The translations under genes and the position numbers were made by a program. A DNA stretch of 64,000 nucleotides from an uncultured Syntrophobacteraceae bacterium (GTDB lineage Bacteria > Desulfobacterota > Binatia > UBA9968): NCBI GenBank assembly GCA_964404195.1, contig CAYOJC010000010.1, forward strand, positions 6,514 through 70,513, written 5' to 3'. Each line of letters starts with the position of its first letter. Position 1 is the stretch's first letter. Below the pieces are notes generated by a model. It worked only from the letters and a program-made list of their open reading frames with translations, was not told the DNA's origin and ran no database searches. This document shows, piece by piece, positions 38,646 through 50,071 of the stretch.

Positions 38646-39562
38646 TGGCCGGAGCGCGAAGCAATCTCGCAACCGGCGCGCGCCGCAAATTTTACGACGC
38701 GGCGTTCGCGATCATGGGACTGCTGGCGACGTTTATCGGCCTGATCACGCTCTCCGCCTTGTTCATCGATCTCGCGAGCGACGGCGGCAGCCGCCTGAGC
38801 TGGACCTTTCTCAGCTCATTTCCGTCGCGCTTTCCGCGCCAGGCGGGAATCCTCTCGGCATGGGTGGGAACGACGCTCGTCATGCTTGTGACGGCGCTGA
38901 CCGCCGTTCCGCTGGGCGTAGCCGCGGGAGTTTATCTGGAGGAATACGCGCCAAAGAACTGGCTCACGGCGCTGATTGAGATCAACATCGCCAATCTCGC
39001 CGGCGTTCCCTCAATCGTCTACGGCCTCATGGCACTGGGCCTATTCGTGTACCAGCTCGGCCTCGGCCACAGCGTCCTCACGGCGGGACTCACGCTGGCG
39101 CTCTTGATCCTGCCGATCGTCATCGTCGCCACGCGCGAATCGGTGCGAGCCGTTCCCGGCAGCATGCGGGAAGCGGCGTACGCGCTGGGGGCGACCAAAT
39201 GGCAGACGGTCAAAGACCATGTGCTGCCCTACTCGACGGGAGGAATTTTGACCGGCGTGATCATCGCGCTGTCCAGAGCAATCGGAGAAACCGCCCCGCT
39301 GATCACAATCGGCGCGCTGACCTTCATCGCCTTTCTGCCCGATTCTCCCGTGAAGGCGGAGTTCCCCTTCGTTTCGTTCGACTGGCTCATGTCTCCCTTC
39401 ACGGTGATGCCGATTCAAATGTTCAACTGGGTTTCGCGCCCGCAAGAGGAATTTCATTTGAACGCGGCGGCGGCCGGATTGATACTCATGCTGATGACTC
39501 TGGCGATGAACGGTCTCGCCATTTACCTGCGCTACCGCTTCCGCAAGCGAATCCGATGGTAA
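38645..39562 (+). CDS. pstA: phosphate ABC transporter permease
   Basis: NLAGVPSIVYGL, ALGATKWQT, RAIGETAPL. Confidence 0.97.
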   Translation: MAGARSNLATGARRKFYDAAFAIMGLLATFIGLITLSALFIDLASDGGSRLSWTFLSSFPSRFPRQAGILSAWVGTTLVMLVTALTAVPLGVAAGVYLEEYAPKNWLTALIEINIANLAGVPSIVYGLMALGLFVYQLGLGHSVLTAGLTLALLILPIVIVATRESVRAVPGSMREAAYALGATKWQTVKDHVLPYSTGGILTGVIIALSRAIGETAPLITIGALTFIAFLPDSPVKAEFPFVSFDWLMSPFTVMPIQMFNWVSRPQEEFHLNAAAAGLILMLMTLAMNGLAIYLRYRFRKRIRW

Positions 39563-39580
39563 ACCGCGAGGAGCGAGACG

Positions 39581-40441
39581 ATGGGAGATAAGATGCAAGT
39601 TGAGCCGCGGATAGAGATGCCCAAGATCAAGCTTGAGCCGGACCTGGCGACTAAAACGCCGGCGGCAAAGACCGCGTCCGAAATCGGCAGATCCATCATA
39701 GAAGTGCGGCAGCTCGACTTTTATTACGGCTCAACGCGCGCCCTCAAATCCATCGACGTCGACGTGCCGGAAAAGAAGGCCATGGCCTTCATCGGCCCCT
39801 CGGGTTGCGGCAAGACGACGCTTTTGCGGTGCTTGAACCGAATGAACGATCTCATCCCGAACGTTCGGATCACCGGCAGCGTCAAGCTTGGCGGGAGCGA
39901 GATCTATGATTCGGCCACCGACGTGATCAATCTCCGGCGCCGCGTCGGGATGATTTTTCAGAAGTGGAACCCTTTTCCGAAGAGCATCTATGAAAACGTG
40001 GTCTATGGGCTGAGAATCGTCGGCATCAATGACCGCAGACGGCTGGATGCGGCGGTGGAGGTAAACCTCAAGCGAGCGGCTTTGTGGGACGAGGTCAAGG
40101 ACAACTTGCACAAGAGCGCCTCCGACCTCTCCGGAGGTCAACAGCAGCGTCTCTGCATCGCGCGCGCCCTGGCCGTTGAGCCCGAAGTTTTGCTGATGGA
40201 CGAGCCCTGTTCCGCCCTCGACCCCATCTCCACGGCGAAGATCGAGGAGCTGATTCACGAGCTGAAGCACACGTTTACGATCGTCATCGTCACGCACAAC
40301 ATGCAGCAGGCCGCGCGCGTGTCCGACATCACGGCTTTCTTCTATCTGGGTGAGTTGATAGAATTCGGCGAGACGGCCAAACTTTTCACCAATCCCGAGA
40401 AACGGCAAACCGAAGACTACATTACGGGAAGGTTCGGCTAA
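39581..40441 (+). CDS. pstB: phosphate ABC transporter ATP-binding protein
   Basis: [38 protein letters not shown]. Confidence 0.98.
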   Translation: MGDKMQVEPRIEMPKIKLEPDLATKTPAAKTASEIGRSIIEVRQLDFYYGSTRALKSIDVDVPEKKAMAFIGPSGCGKTTLLRCLNRMNDLIPNVRITGSVKLGGSEIYDSATDVINLRRRVGMIFQKWNPFPKSIYENVVYGLRIVGINDRRRLDAAVEVNLKRAALWDEVKDNLHKSASDLSGGQQQRLCIARALAVEPEVLLMDEPCSALDPISTAKIEELIHELKHTFTIVIVTHNMQQAARVSDITAFFYLGELIEFGETAKLFTNPEKRQTEDYITGRFG

Positions 40442-40455
40442 AAAGGGAGAATACG

Positions 40456-41142
40456 ATGCTATCCCAACATACCGATAAACGATACGGAGAAGACTTGAAG
40501 AAGCTGCGCGAGGATATTCTCTACATGGGAGGGCTGGTCGAGGACCAGATCCAAAAATCGGTCAGCTCGCTGGTCGAGCGGGACTCGGCGCTGGCGGAGA
40601 CGATCATCGAAAGAGACCACGAGGTGAACCGCCTCGACGTCGAGATCGACGATCTGTGCATTCAACTGCTCGCGCTGCACCAGCCCGCCGCGCGCGACCT
40701 TCGCTTCATCACGACGGCTCTCAAGATCACGACCGACCTCGAGCGAATCGGCGACATGGCGGTCAACATCTGCGAGCGCGCCCTGGAGCTGAACGAGGAG
40801 CCGCAGCTAAAACCCTACATCGACATCCCGCGCATGGCGCGAACTTCGGAGCGGATGATCCGGGAAAGTTTGGACGCCTTCGTGCGAGAAGATACGGACC
40901 TCGCCTTGAAGGTCTGTAAAGACGACCAGGAAGTCGACGACCTCAACAGCCAGATCTTCCGCGAGACGATCAGCTTCATGATCGAAGATCCCCACACGAT
41001 CAACCGGGCGATGAAGATCAGCTCGATCTCGAAGTATCTCGAGCGGATCGCCGATCACGCGACCAACATCGCCGAGATGGTCGTATTTATGGTAAAAGGC
41101 AAGAGCATCCGGCACATGAAAGTAATTCCGCAATCGATCTAG
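40456..41142 (+). CDS. phoU: phosphate signalling protein
   Basis: QPAARDLR, DLERIGD, LERIADHATNIAE. Confidence 0.97.
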   Translation: MLSQHTDKRYGEDLKKLREDILYMGGLVEDQIQKSVSSLVERDSALAETIIERDHEVNRLDVEIDDLCIQLLALHQPAARDLRFITTALKITTDLERIGDMAVNICERALELNEEPQLKPYIDIPRMARTSERMIRESLDAFVREDTDLALKVCKDDQEVDDLNSQIFRETISFMIEDPHTINRAMKISSISKYLERIADHATNIAEMVVFMVKGKSIRHMKVIPQSI

Positions 41143-41209
41143 CATCGTCAACGTTGGCCGTATGCTCGTCGATCCCGTATTCAATAACCTGCAGCGAATA
41201 ACGACTCCC

Positions 41210-41900
<691 letters not shown>

Positions 41901-41923
<23 letters not shown>

Positions 41924-43709
41924 AGTCGTCGTCAAGCTGTTTCTCTCCTACCTCGTCGTCGTTCTCCTTCTGTCCGTCCTTTTTTATCTCTACGCCGCCT
42001 CCGTCGTGAAAGATTTTCACGTCTCCTCCCTGTCCGCGAAGATGCGGGATGAGGCGAAAATCGTAAGCCGCCTGCTTCCGCCCGGTTTGGACGGAAACGC
42101 TTTCGATCGAATCTGCCGCGAGGTAGAGCGAGACCTCGGAGTCCGCATCACCGTGATCGCGTTGGACGGAAAGGTTCTGGGCGACTCCGAAGAATCCTCG
42201 ACGGCCATGGAGAATCACGGGACACGTCCGGAAGTCATGGAAGCGCTGGCCAAGGGCGCCGGCGCCAGCACCCGCTACAGCACGACCGTCCGGCATGAGA
42301 TGCTCTACCAGGCCGTCCTCGACGGCAAAGACAAACCGGAAAGGATCATCCGGCTCTCCATTCCGTTGAATGCCATCGAAGAGACGGAGCGGTCCATCCG
42401 CCACGCCATTCTCCTCGGGCTCCTGATGTTCTCGGGCTTAGGACTTCTTTTGGCTTTCTTCTTTTCCCGCCAGTTGAAAAGAAGAGTTAAACGCCTGGTT
42501 GAATTTTCCGAGGAGGTGTCCAGAGGCTCTTTTCCGCTACCGATTCCCATAGGCCGGGAGGACGAGATCAGTCTGTTGGAGCGGAACTTGAACGAGATGA
42601 GCCGCAGCATTCAAGAGAAAATCAAGGGCGTCGTCGGAGAAAAAGAGAAGGTCGATTCGATTTTGCGCTGCATGACCGAAGGGGTTTTGGTCGTCGATAC
42701 CCGGGGGCGGCTCATCCTATTGAACGAGAACGCACAGAAAATGTTCAACCTTGCCACCAACCACGACCTGCGCGGCGCCTCTCTCATGGAAATCTCGCGC
42801 CATCCGGAGATGAAAAAGCTCATCGAAGAAATTTTGGCTTGCGATTGCAGGAACGAGTGCTTTACAAAGGAAATCTCGCTCGACGGCGGCGCTTGGTTCC
42901 GGGTCAACGCGGTGAGCTTGCGCGGCGCGGACGAAAAGTCTCTCGGCTACGTGCTCGTGTTCCACGACGTCACCGAGCTCAAGCGGCTCGAAACCGTGCG
43001 CTCGGACTTCGTCGCCAACGTGTCGCACGAGCTGCGCACACCGCTGACGGCCATTCGCGGCTACGCGGAGACTCTGCTTCAATCTCCGCCCGCCGATAGT
43101 AAAGACCAGGAACATTTCCTCGGCATCATCCATCGCCATTCGGAAAGGCTCGGAAGACTCATCGACGATCTCCTGGCGTTGTCCGACCTGGAGTCCGGCA
43201 AGATCCAGTTGACCAAAGAGCTTCTCCCGACCGCGGAGCTGATCTCGCGCGTCCTTGAAGTCTTCCACGACCAGGCGCGAAAAAAAGATATCGCGCTGTC
43301 GCAGGATATTCAGCCCGGCCTGCCTTCCATTCTCGGAGACTCGGACCGTTTGCAGCAGCTTCTCATCAATCTGATCGACAACGCGGTGAAATACACCCCC
43401 GCCGGCGGAGCGGTGAAGGTGCGCGCTTCTCTGGCCGTCTCCGCAAATCACCACCCGGCGATGGTGGAAATCGCGGTGTCGGATACGGGATGCGGCATCC
43501 CCGAGAAGGACCTGCCGAGATTAACCGAGCGTTTCTATCGCGCGGATAAAGCGCGCTCGCGCGAGCTCGGCGGAACCGGGCTGGGACTCGCGATCGTCAA
43601 GCACATCGTTCAGGCCCATCACGGCCGGCTCAAGATCGAGAGCCAGATTCAAAAAGGCACTACGGTGCGGGTTTTATTGCCGGCGGAAGAAGAAGGCTTG
43701 AGGCGATAG
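41901..43709 (+). CDS. phoR: sensor histidine kinase (PhoR)
   Basis: 2 TM, HAMP, PAS, DFVANVSHELRTP, ERFYRADKARSR, GGTGLGLAIVKH. Confidence 0.92.
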
Positions 43710-43736
43710 GCAACAGGCGAGAGTAAAAAAATCTCC

Positions 43737-44174
43737 TTAGGCCACGGCGCGACAGCTCGAGCCGCAAAACTCCTCGAGCTTCGATTCGATCAAGTTTCTA
43801 ACTTCTCTCGTTTGCTCCAGTCTTTCTTCCCACGTCCCCGTGAATTTTGACGGATCGGGAAAATTCCAATGCAGTCTCGCGCCGTCGCCGGGAACCACCG
43901 GGCATTGCTCGGCGCTGCTTTCGTCGCAAACGGTGATGACGTAGTCAAATCTTTGGCCGGTCTTGACGACATCGGCTACGCTGCGCGTCTCGTTCCCGCT
44001 GATGTCGATGCCTATCTCCCGCATGGCTTCTACGGCAAGCGGATTGAGGATTCCCGGCTCCAGGCCTGCGCTCTCGGCCTCGAACAGGTCGCCGCACATT
44101 TGATTCAACAAGGCCGCTGCCATCTGGCTGCGCGCGCTGTTGTGAACGCAAACAAACAGAACTTTCTTTTTCAC
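43737..44174 (-). CDS. arsC: arsenate reductase (LMW-PTP type)
   Basis: CVHNSARSQMA, TVCD....CP, HW.FPDP. Confidence 0.93.
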   Translation of the reverse strand: MKKKVLFVCVHNSARSQMAAALLNQMCGDLFEAESAGLEPGILNPLAVEAMREIGIDISGNETRSVADVVKTGQRFDYVITVCDESSAEQCPVVPGDGARLHWNFPDPSKFTGTWEERLEQTREVRNLIESKLEEFCGSSCRAVA

Positions 44175-44198
44175 GTTCGCCTCGGTCCCAGTCCAGGC

Positions 44199-45290
44199 TT
44201 ATCTAGCCTCTACGCTCGGGAACCAGTGACGCGTGCGGTTGCACACCGCACAGACGGAGAGCATCACTGGAACCTCGATCAGCACGCCCACTACCGTCGC
44301 AAGCGCCGCGCCCGAACCCGCTCCAAACAGCGCTATGGCCGTCGCCACCGCCAGCTCGAAAAAGTTGCTTGCACCAATCAAAGCACCGGGCGCCGCGACG
44401 GAATAAGAAACCCCAAAGAGCTTCATCAGCCCGTAGGTCAGGGACGAGTTGAAGTAAACCTGAATCAAAATAGGAACGGCGATCAGAAGGACGTGGAGAG
44501 ACTTTCCGGTAATGTTATCCGCCTGAAACGCGAAGATCAGAACCAATGTGGCCATCAGCGCGGTCATGCTGATCGGCGCGAGTCCGGGCAGCAGCTCCCG
44601 TTCAAACCGCTGCTGGCCACGGCGCGCAATGAACCAGCGCCGTAATAATACCCCAGCAGCCAGAGGAATAACGATGAATATAAAGACGGAGTACAGGAGA
44701 ACGATAAACGGCACCTCGAGCGACGATGCTCCGCTGACTAGGAAACGCACCACCGGCGCAAACAGGAAGAGCATGATCAGATCGTTCAAGGAGACCTGAA
44801 CTAGAGTGTAGGCGGGATCGCCGTCAGTGAGGTAGCTCCACACGAATACCATCGCAGTGCAGGGAGCTGCTGCCAGAATGATTGTGCCGGCAATGTACTG
44901 GTCGGCGTCGGCCGGAGATATCAGGCCCGAAAAAATGTATCGAAAGAAGAACCAGGCGAAGAACGCCATAGAGAACGGCTTCACCAGCCAGTTGACGAAG
45001 AGCGTCACCAAGAGGCCACGGGGCTTCTTGCCCACATTCTTCAGGGCGGCGAAGTCCACCTTCATCATCATCGGGGTGATCATCAGCCAGATCAGAACCG
45101 CGATGGGCACGTTGATTTGACTGCCTTCACCGAACTCGAACCGCCTCAGCCCATCCGTGAGGCCCGGAAGCAATTTGCCAACTGCCACGCCGGCCACCAT
45201 ACAAAGCGCTACCCATAGAGTGAGGTAGCGCTCGAAGATGGTCAGCCGCTTGTTTTCTTGGATCGGTATGAGACTTGCTGTTTCTTTCAT
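44199..45290 (-). CDS. acr3: ACR3 family arsenite efflux transporter
   Basis: FERYLTLWV, APCTAMV, GASNFFELAVA, GVLIEVPVML. Confidence 0.97.
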   Translation of the reverse strand: MKETASLIPIQENKRLTIFERYLTLWVALCMVAGVAVGKLLPGLTDGLRRFEFGEGSQINVPIAVLIWLMITPMMMKVDFAALKNVGKKPRGLLVTLFVNWLVKPFSMAFFAWFFFRYIFSGLISPADADQYIAGTIILAAAPCTAMVFVWSYLTDGDPAYTLVQVSLNDLIMLFLFAPVVRFLVSGASSLEVPFIVLLYSVFIFIVIPLAAGVLLRRWFIARRGQQRFERELLPGLAPISMTALMATLVLIFAFQADNITGKSLHVLLIAVPILIQVYFNSSLTYGLMKLFGVSYSVAAPGALIGASNFFELAVATAIALFGAGSGAALATVVGVLIEVPVMLSVCAVCNRTRHWFPSVEAR

Positions 45291-45300
45291 GTTCTTCCCG

Positions 45301-45729
45301 TTAAGTTTTCTTCATGGTTGCCGTTGACGGCGAGATAATGCTGGCCGGTTTCGGCGCCCTCTTAAGCGGAGCAGGCGCCTTTGGCGAGCAGCAAAGCCGT
45401 ACCAGGCGACTCCGATCGGTCTGCATCTCCTGGCTGTTCGCGAGACCCGCACGCACGGCGCTCAGAACCGTTGCAGCGTGGGGATCCGTTGGAACGGAAA
45501 GCCGGTAATGCATCCACTTGCCGTCGCGCCTTGCCGTAACAATCCCAGCTCGCCGTAAATAGGCTAGATGCCGGGATATTTTCGGCTGGCTCATCCCCAA
45601 AGCTTCAACCAAAAAACAAACACATACTTCATCGTCGCCCATCAGGTTCAGCAGCCGTAGCCGAGTGGGATCAGCCAGGGCCCGAAAAAGAAGTTCTATG
45701 TCGAATCCCTTGGTATTTTTGGTCTTCAT
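45301..45729 (-). CDS. arsR: ArsR family transcriptional regulator
   Basis: FRALADPTRLR, EVCVC, QPKISRHLAYLR, C-terminal CC. Confidence 0.95.
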   Translation of the reverse strand: MKTKNTKGFDIELLFRALADPTRLRLLNLMGDDEVCVCFLVEALGMSQPKISRHLAYLRRAGIVTARRDGKWMHYRLSVPTDPHAATVLSAVRAGLANSQEMQTDRSRLVRLCCSPKAPAPLKRAPKPASIISPSTATMKKT

Positions 45730-45758
45730 AAATTAGCGATCTTAGCACAAGTCAACGG

Positions 45759-45807
45759 ATATGCCTTGACATATATGTCTTCCCATTATATTCGTCAAGG
45801 CAGATAT
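45759..45807. promoter_or_regulatory. putative ArsR operator (inverted repeat over divergent promoters)
   Basis: atatgccttgac...gtcaaggcagatat, containing TTGACA. Confidence 0.65.
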
Positions 45808-45886
45808 GAAGGAGGCGGTATGGCCAAACTTTCCGACTCCGGTCAAGCAAAGGAGAACAACAGATTAAATAGGAAAGAAGGATAAT

Positions 45887-46336
45887 ATGACCAATCCAAG
45901 AAAGGTTCACGTGGCGCTGAACGTCGGCGACGTGGAGCGGTCGGTGCGATTTTACCGCGCGATGTTTGGCATTGATCCGATTAAGTGGAAGCCGGGATAC
46001 GCAAAGTTCGACATCGCTGAACCTCCGCTCAATCTCACGCTAAACTACGAAGGCAAGATCAATCAGTGCGGGGCTTTGAATCACCTCGGCATAGAAGTCG
46101 CAACCACAAGCGATGTCATCGCCGCCAAGGAGCGATTCAAACAAGCAGGGCTTGCGGCGGTGGATGAGATGAACGTGGATTGTTGCTACGCCTTGCAGGA
46201 CAAGGTTTGGATCACTGACCCCGACGGTTATCACTGGGAGATATTCACCGTCAAAGTCGGGGATACCAGGCCCGAACTGAACATCCTGGCTGCGAAGCCG
46301 GACGCCTCCCAGCCATTAAAGTGCTGTGCGGACTGA
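45887..46336 (+). CDS. arsI: ArsI/CadI family VOC metalloenzyme (C-As lyase-like)
   Basis: HVALNV, GYAKF...EPPLN, LNHLGIEV, CCYALQDKVW.TDPDG..WE. Confidence 0.88.
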   Translation: MTNPRKVHVALNVGDVERSVRFYRAMFGIDPIKWKPGYAKFDIAEPPLNLTLNYEGKINQCGALNHLGIEVATTSDVIAAKERFKQAGLAAVDEMNVDCCYALQDKVWITDPDGYHWEIFTVKVGDTRPELNILAAKPDASQPLKCCAD

Positions 46337-46425
46337 TTGGTCGAAACAGCGCTAGAGCTACCATTATCTTTCTGGGCTCCATTGCGCGCGCTGGGTTGCT
46401 CTAAGGATGGCCCCGCCCTTCTCTT

Positions 46426-46839
46426 CTACTCGCCGATCACTTTCACGATCACGCGCTTGCGCCGCCGGCCGTCGAACTCGGCGTAATAAACTTGCTGCCA
46501 GGGACCGAGGTCGAGCTTCCCCTGCGTGATCGGCAGGATCACCTGGTGGCCGATCAGCAAATTTTTGAGATGGGCGTCGCCGTTGGTCTCGCCGGTTCGA
46601 TGATGGCGATAGTCCACGCCCTCGGGCGCCAGGCGTTCGAGCCATTCCTCGATGTCCTGAATAAGCCCGTCTTCGGCGTCGTTGACGTAAACGCCTGCGG
46701 TGATGTGCATCGCCGAAACGAGCATCATCCCCTCCTTGATCCGGCTCTTCTCCAGGATCTCCGCCGCCTTCGCGGTGATGTTGACGAACTCGCGCTGTTT
46801 TTTGGTTTGGAACGAGAGATACTCGGTGTAGGACTTCAT
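46426..46839 (-). CDS. yjbQ: YjbQ family (secondary thiamine-phosphate synthase)
   Basis: [28 protein letters not shown]. Confidence 0.93.
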   Translation of the reverse strand: MKSYTEYLSFQTKKQREFVNITAKAAEILEKSRIKEGMMLVSAMHITAGVYVNDAEDGLIQDIEEWLERLAPEGVDYRHHRTGETNGDAHLKNLLIGHQVILPITQGKLDLGPWQQVYYAEFDGRRRKRVIVKVIGE

Positions 46840-46846
46840 GCCGTGC

Positions 46847-47140
46847 TCAGCCCGCGCTGAATGAAAAATCCTTGACCGTGCCGTCCTGATTAAAGATGAC
46901 GTGCAGCCGCTTCTGCCTTTGCGGGCCTACGACCGAATAGAGATAGTAATAATACGTCCAGCTTTCGTTTCCGCTGTCCGAGCCTCGCTCCACCGGCTCG
47001 CCGAAGGACTCATACACCTGCTCTTTGGTGGTGACGTTGGGCTGGAGCTTTTCGACGGGAAAAGTGGCGAAATCTCTTCCGACCGGAATGCAACCGGCGA
47101 GAAAAAGCATGAAAATTAGAAGACAGAGTCTGCGCCGCAT
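46847..47140 (-). CDS. BamE/SmpA-like lipoprotein
   Basis: lipobox LAGC, TTKEQV...FGEP, W.Y, L.V.F..DG.V. Confidence 0.8.
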   Translation of the reverse strand: MRRRLCLLIFMLFLAGCIPVGRDFATFPVEKLQPNVTTKEQVYESFGEPVERGSDSGNESWTYYYYLYSVVGPQRQKRLHVIFNQDGTVKDFSFSAG

Positions 47141-47152
47141 GTTTTTTTAAAC

Positions 47153-47279
47153 TAGGATGCTCAGAAAGCTCTCAGAGGCGAGGCGCGCGAAGGTCTGCGA
47201 GCGGAGGCGTACTTTTCTAGTACGTTGACGCGAAGCAGGCCGAGCGCAACGAAGCATATGAGGCTTTATGAGCATCCTA
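47153..47279. mobile_element. MITE-like 127-bp palindromic element
   Basis: terminal inverted repeats taggatgctca(g/t)aaagc..tca with TA at both ends; central gtac palindrome. Confidence 0.65.
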
Positions 47280-47897
47280 CTAAATTTCTCGCCTGCCTTC
47301 GAACGCCTTCCCCAGCGTCACGGCGTCGGTGTATTCGAGGTCGCCGCCCATCGGCAGGCCGCGCGCGATTCGCGTCACGGTGATTCCCAACGGCTTGAGC
47401 GTCTTGGAGAGATAGAGCGCGGTCGCTTCGCCCTCGACCGTCGGGTTGGTCGCGACGATCACTTCGCGCACGCCCGCGCCGAGCCGCTCGAGCAGCTCTT
47501 TGATCTTGAGCGCGTCGGGTCCGACGCCGTCGAGCGGAGAAATGGTGCCGTGAAGCACGTGGTAAAGCCCCTTGTATTCCTGCGACTTCTCCACCGCCAT
47601 CATGTCCGACGGCTCCTCCACGACGCAAATCTTCTCCCGCTCGCGCCGGGAATCCAGGCATACCGCGCATTGCGTGTCGTCGGAGCGGTTAGGATCGACC
47701 TCGCTGAGTCCGAAGCACGTGCAGCACAGGCCGATCTCGCGCTTGAGCCTGGCGATGCTTTCCGCCAGGTCCTGCATGTCTTCGGCTTTTTCTTTCAGCA
47801 TGTAAAAAGCCAGACGGGCGGCCGTCTTCTCGCCGATGCCGGGAAGCCTGGACAGTCCTTTGATAAGACGCGCCAGCGGCGCGGGATAGTTCGCCAT
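47280..47897 (-). CDS. recR: recombination mediator RecR
   Basis: LPGIGEKTA.RLA, C4 zinc finger, YHVLHG, ATNPTVEGEATA. Confidence 0.98.
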   Translation of the reverse strand: MANYPAPLARLIKGLSRLPGIGEKTAARLAFYMLKEKAEDMQDLAESIARLKREIGLCCTCFGLSEVDPNRSDDTQCAVCLDSRREREKICVVEEPSDMMAVEKSQEYKGLYHVLHGTISPLDGVGPDALKIKELLERLGAGVREVIVATNPTVEGEATALYLSKTLKPLGITVTRIARGLPMGGDLEYTDAVTLGKAFEGRREI

Positions 47898-47980
47898 ATC
47901 AGTGCGGTTAATAGTTATTCGTGTACTGGTTATTAGTTGACCGAGTGAACCATTAACTATTTAACCAGTAACCAGCCGGT

Positions 47981-48307
47981 TCAGGGCGTGAGCCCCGGTA
48001 TTTTCATGCCGCCGGTAATTTTGCTCATTTCTTCCGCCGCCATTTCGCGTGCCAGCCTGAGCCCTTCGTTCGTCGCGGCGAGGACCAGGTCTTGGAGCAT
48101 CTCCACGTCCTCGGGATTGACGGCCGCCGGATCGATTTTTATCGACGCCAAGGCGAGTTGGCCGGTGACGGTCACCCGCACCATGCCGCCGCCCGCCGCG
48201 GCCTCGACGGTGCGCCGCGCCAGCTCTTCCTGCGTGCGCGCCAGCTTCGCCTGCATCTCCTGCGCCTGCTTGAAAAGATTTCCCATGCCGCCGAAGCCTT
48301 GAGCCAT
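47981..48307 (-). CDS. ybaB: YbaB/EbfC nucleoid-associated protein
   Basis: KQAQEMQ, AGGGMV.V, DVEMLQDLV.AA.N. Confidence 0.97.
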   Translation of the reverse strand: MAQGFGGMGNLFKQAQEMQAKLARTQEELARRTVEAAAGGGMVRVTVTGQLALASIKIDPAAVNPEDVEMLQDLVLAATNEGLRLAREMAAEEMSKITGGMKIPGLTP

Positions 48308-48325
48308 GACGCTTCCTTTCTCTCG

Positions 48326-49990
48326 CTAATCCGCCCGCTTGACGGAGCCGCCGAAGATTCTGAGCGCCTCCCGGACTACATCGTTCCCCGCTTCGGGATC
48401 GGTCTTCGCTTCTTCGCTCCGCGGTTTTTTTTCCTGGAGGGGCGCGATCGAGACGGAGACTTCCGCAGAAAAAAAACGGCGCGCGAAATCCTTCAACAGC
48501 GAGAGATGTTCCGGGTCTTGCAGGTAATTCAGATGGTGGCGCTCTTCGACCCCGAGCGTGAGCGGCCCCGGCGGCAAAGCGAGAGGCCGCGCCTGCTCCA
48601 GATGAACCGCCAAAAACTTTTTTTCCTGCGTGACGAACGCTACGAAATTTTTCCACACCTCCGTCGCGTCGCCGGCTGATTCCCGGCCGGCGCCGCGCGC
48701 GGACGGAATTGCCTGCGGGACTGCGGCCGTTTTCACCGCTTGCGGCGCGGCGGCACGCAATGGCGCGGCCATCGAACTTCCGCCGGCGGACAATTTTTTC
48801 TCCAACGTCTCCAGCCGCTCGAGAAGCTCGCCGACGGGGAGCGTCGCCGGCAACGTCGCCAGCCGGATCAGCGTCGCCTCCAGGGCAAACCTCGGATAAG
48901 GCGAGCGCGCCGCCTCCTCGTCCCCTTCGGCCATGAACCTAAAATAGTCCAGCAAAGCATCCGTGGAGAGATCGGCCGCCTGACGCCCCAGATCTTCGAT
49001 CTCCTGGTCGGGCAAGTCTAAAACTTGATGAAGCAGTCCTGCATCCAGCGGAGCCCGGCCCGTCTCCCCTTGCGGGTTTTTCGTAAGGCACAACACGAGC
49101 AGATTGCGAAAATGCTCGACCAGCTCTTTCGAGAGCCGCGTGACGTCCTTACCCTGATTGACCATCTGGGCGACGAGGTCGACACACGTCCCGGCATCGC
49201 CGGCAATTACGGCCTGGGAAATTTCGTACAACACGCGGCGCTCCGTAACCCCCAGGATATCTTCGATGAGACGCTCGTCGATCTCCGTCTGGTCCGCTCC
49301 CGGCGCGGCATAGGAGAGAATCTGTTCGAGCAGCGACTGCGCGTCCCGCATGCTGCCCTCGGCCTCGCGGGCGAGCAGCACAAGAGCGCCGCCGGTGATG
49401 CGTAGCGATTCCTTTTCGGCGATGTCGCCGAGCCGCTCGACGACCTCGCGCGTCGCGATGCGCCGGAAATCGAACCGCTGGCAGCGCGAGAGAATCGTCT
49501 CGGGAAGGCGATGCGGCTCGGTCGTCGCTAATATGAATTTGACGAACGGCGGCGGCTCTTCGAGGGTTTTCAGGAGCGCGTTGAACGCGTCCTTGGTGAC
49601 CTGGTGCACTTCGTCGATGATGTAGATTTTAAAGCGGCTCTGGGCGGGTTGATACTTGACGTTCTCGATGATCTGCCGGACCTCGTCGATGCCGCGGTTG
49701 GAGGCGCCGTCGATCTCGTAGACGTCGAGGGATCTTCCTGCCGTGATCTCGACGCACTGAGAGCATTCGTTGCACGGATTTGCGGTCGGTCCCTTTTCGC
49801 AGTTGAGCGCCTTGGCAAGAATGCGCGCCGCGGTCGTCTTGCCGACGCCGCGGACGCCGGTGAAAAGATACGCGTGGGCGATCCTGCCGGCGCCGATGGC
49901 GTTGCGCAAAACTAGCGTGACGTGGCCCTGGCCGACGATGTCTTCGAACCGCTGCGGGCGCCACTTACGGGCAAGAACTAAATAAGCCAT
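48326..49990 (-). CDS. dnaX: DNA polymerase III subunit gamma/tau
   Basis: YLVLARKWRPQ.F, G.RGVGKTT, EIDGASN, IIDEVH, SRCQ; start ATG 49990. Confidence 0.98.
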   Translation of the reverse strand: MAYLVLARKWRPQRFEDIVGQGHVTLVLRNAIGAGRIAHAYLFTGVRGVGKTTAARILAKALNCEKGPTANPCNECSQCVEITAGRSLDVYEIDGASNRGIDEVRQIIENVKYQPAQSRFKIYIIDEVHQVTKDAFNALLKTLEEPPPFVKFILATTEPHRLPETILSRCQRFDFRRIATREVVERLGDIAEKESLRITGGALVLLAREAEGSMRDAQSLLEQILSYAAPGADQTEIDERLIEDILGVTERRVLYEISQAVIAGDAGTCVDLVAQMVNQGKDVTRLSKELVEHFRNLLVLCLTKNPQGETGRAPLDAGLLHQVLDLPDQEIEDLGRQAADLSTDALLDYFRFMAEGDEEAARSPYPRFALEATLIRLATLPATLPVGELLERLETLEKKLSAGGSSMAAPLRAAAPQAVKTAAVPQAIPSARGAGRESAGDATEVWKNFVAFVTQEKKFLAVHLEQARPLALPPGPLTLGVEERHHLNYLQDPEHLSLLKDFARRFFSAEVSVSIAPLQEKKPRSEEAKTDPEAGNDVVREALRIFGGSVKRAD

Positions 49991-50003
49991 TAAGCCCTTC
50001 GGG

Positions 50004-50060
50004 ATCTCAAATTTCAAATCTCAAGTTGCAAATTTGAAATCTGAGATTTGCAATCTGAGA
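50004..50060. repeat. heptamer tandem repeats forming a palindrome
   Basis: atctcaa-atttcaa-atctcaa-gttgcaa-atttgaa-atctgag-atttgca-atctgag. Confidence 0.8.
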
Positions 50061-50071
50061 TGCTGAGCAAA

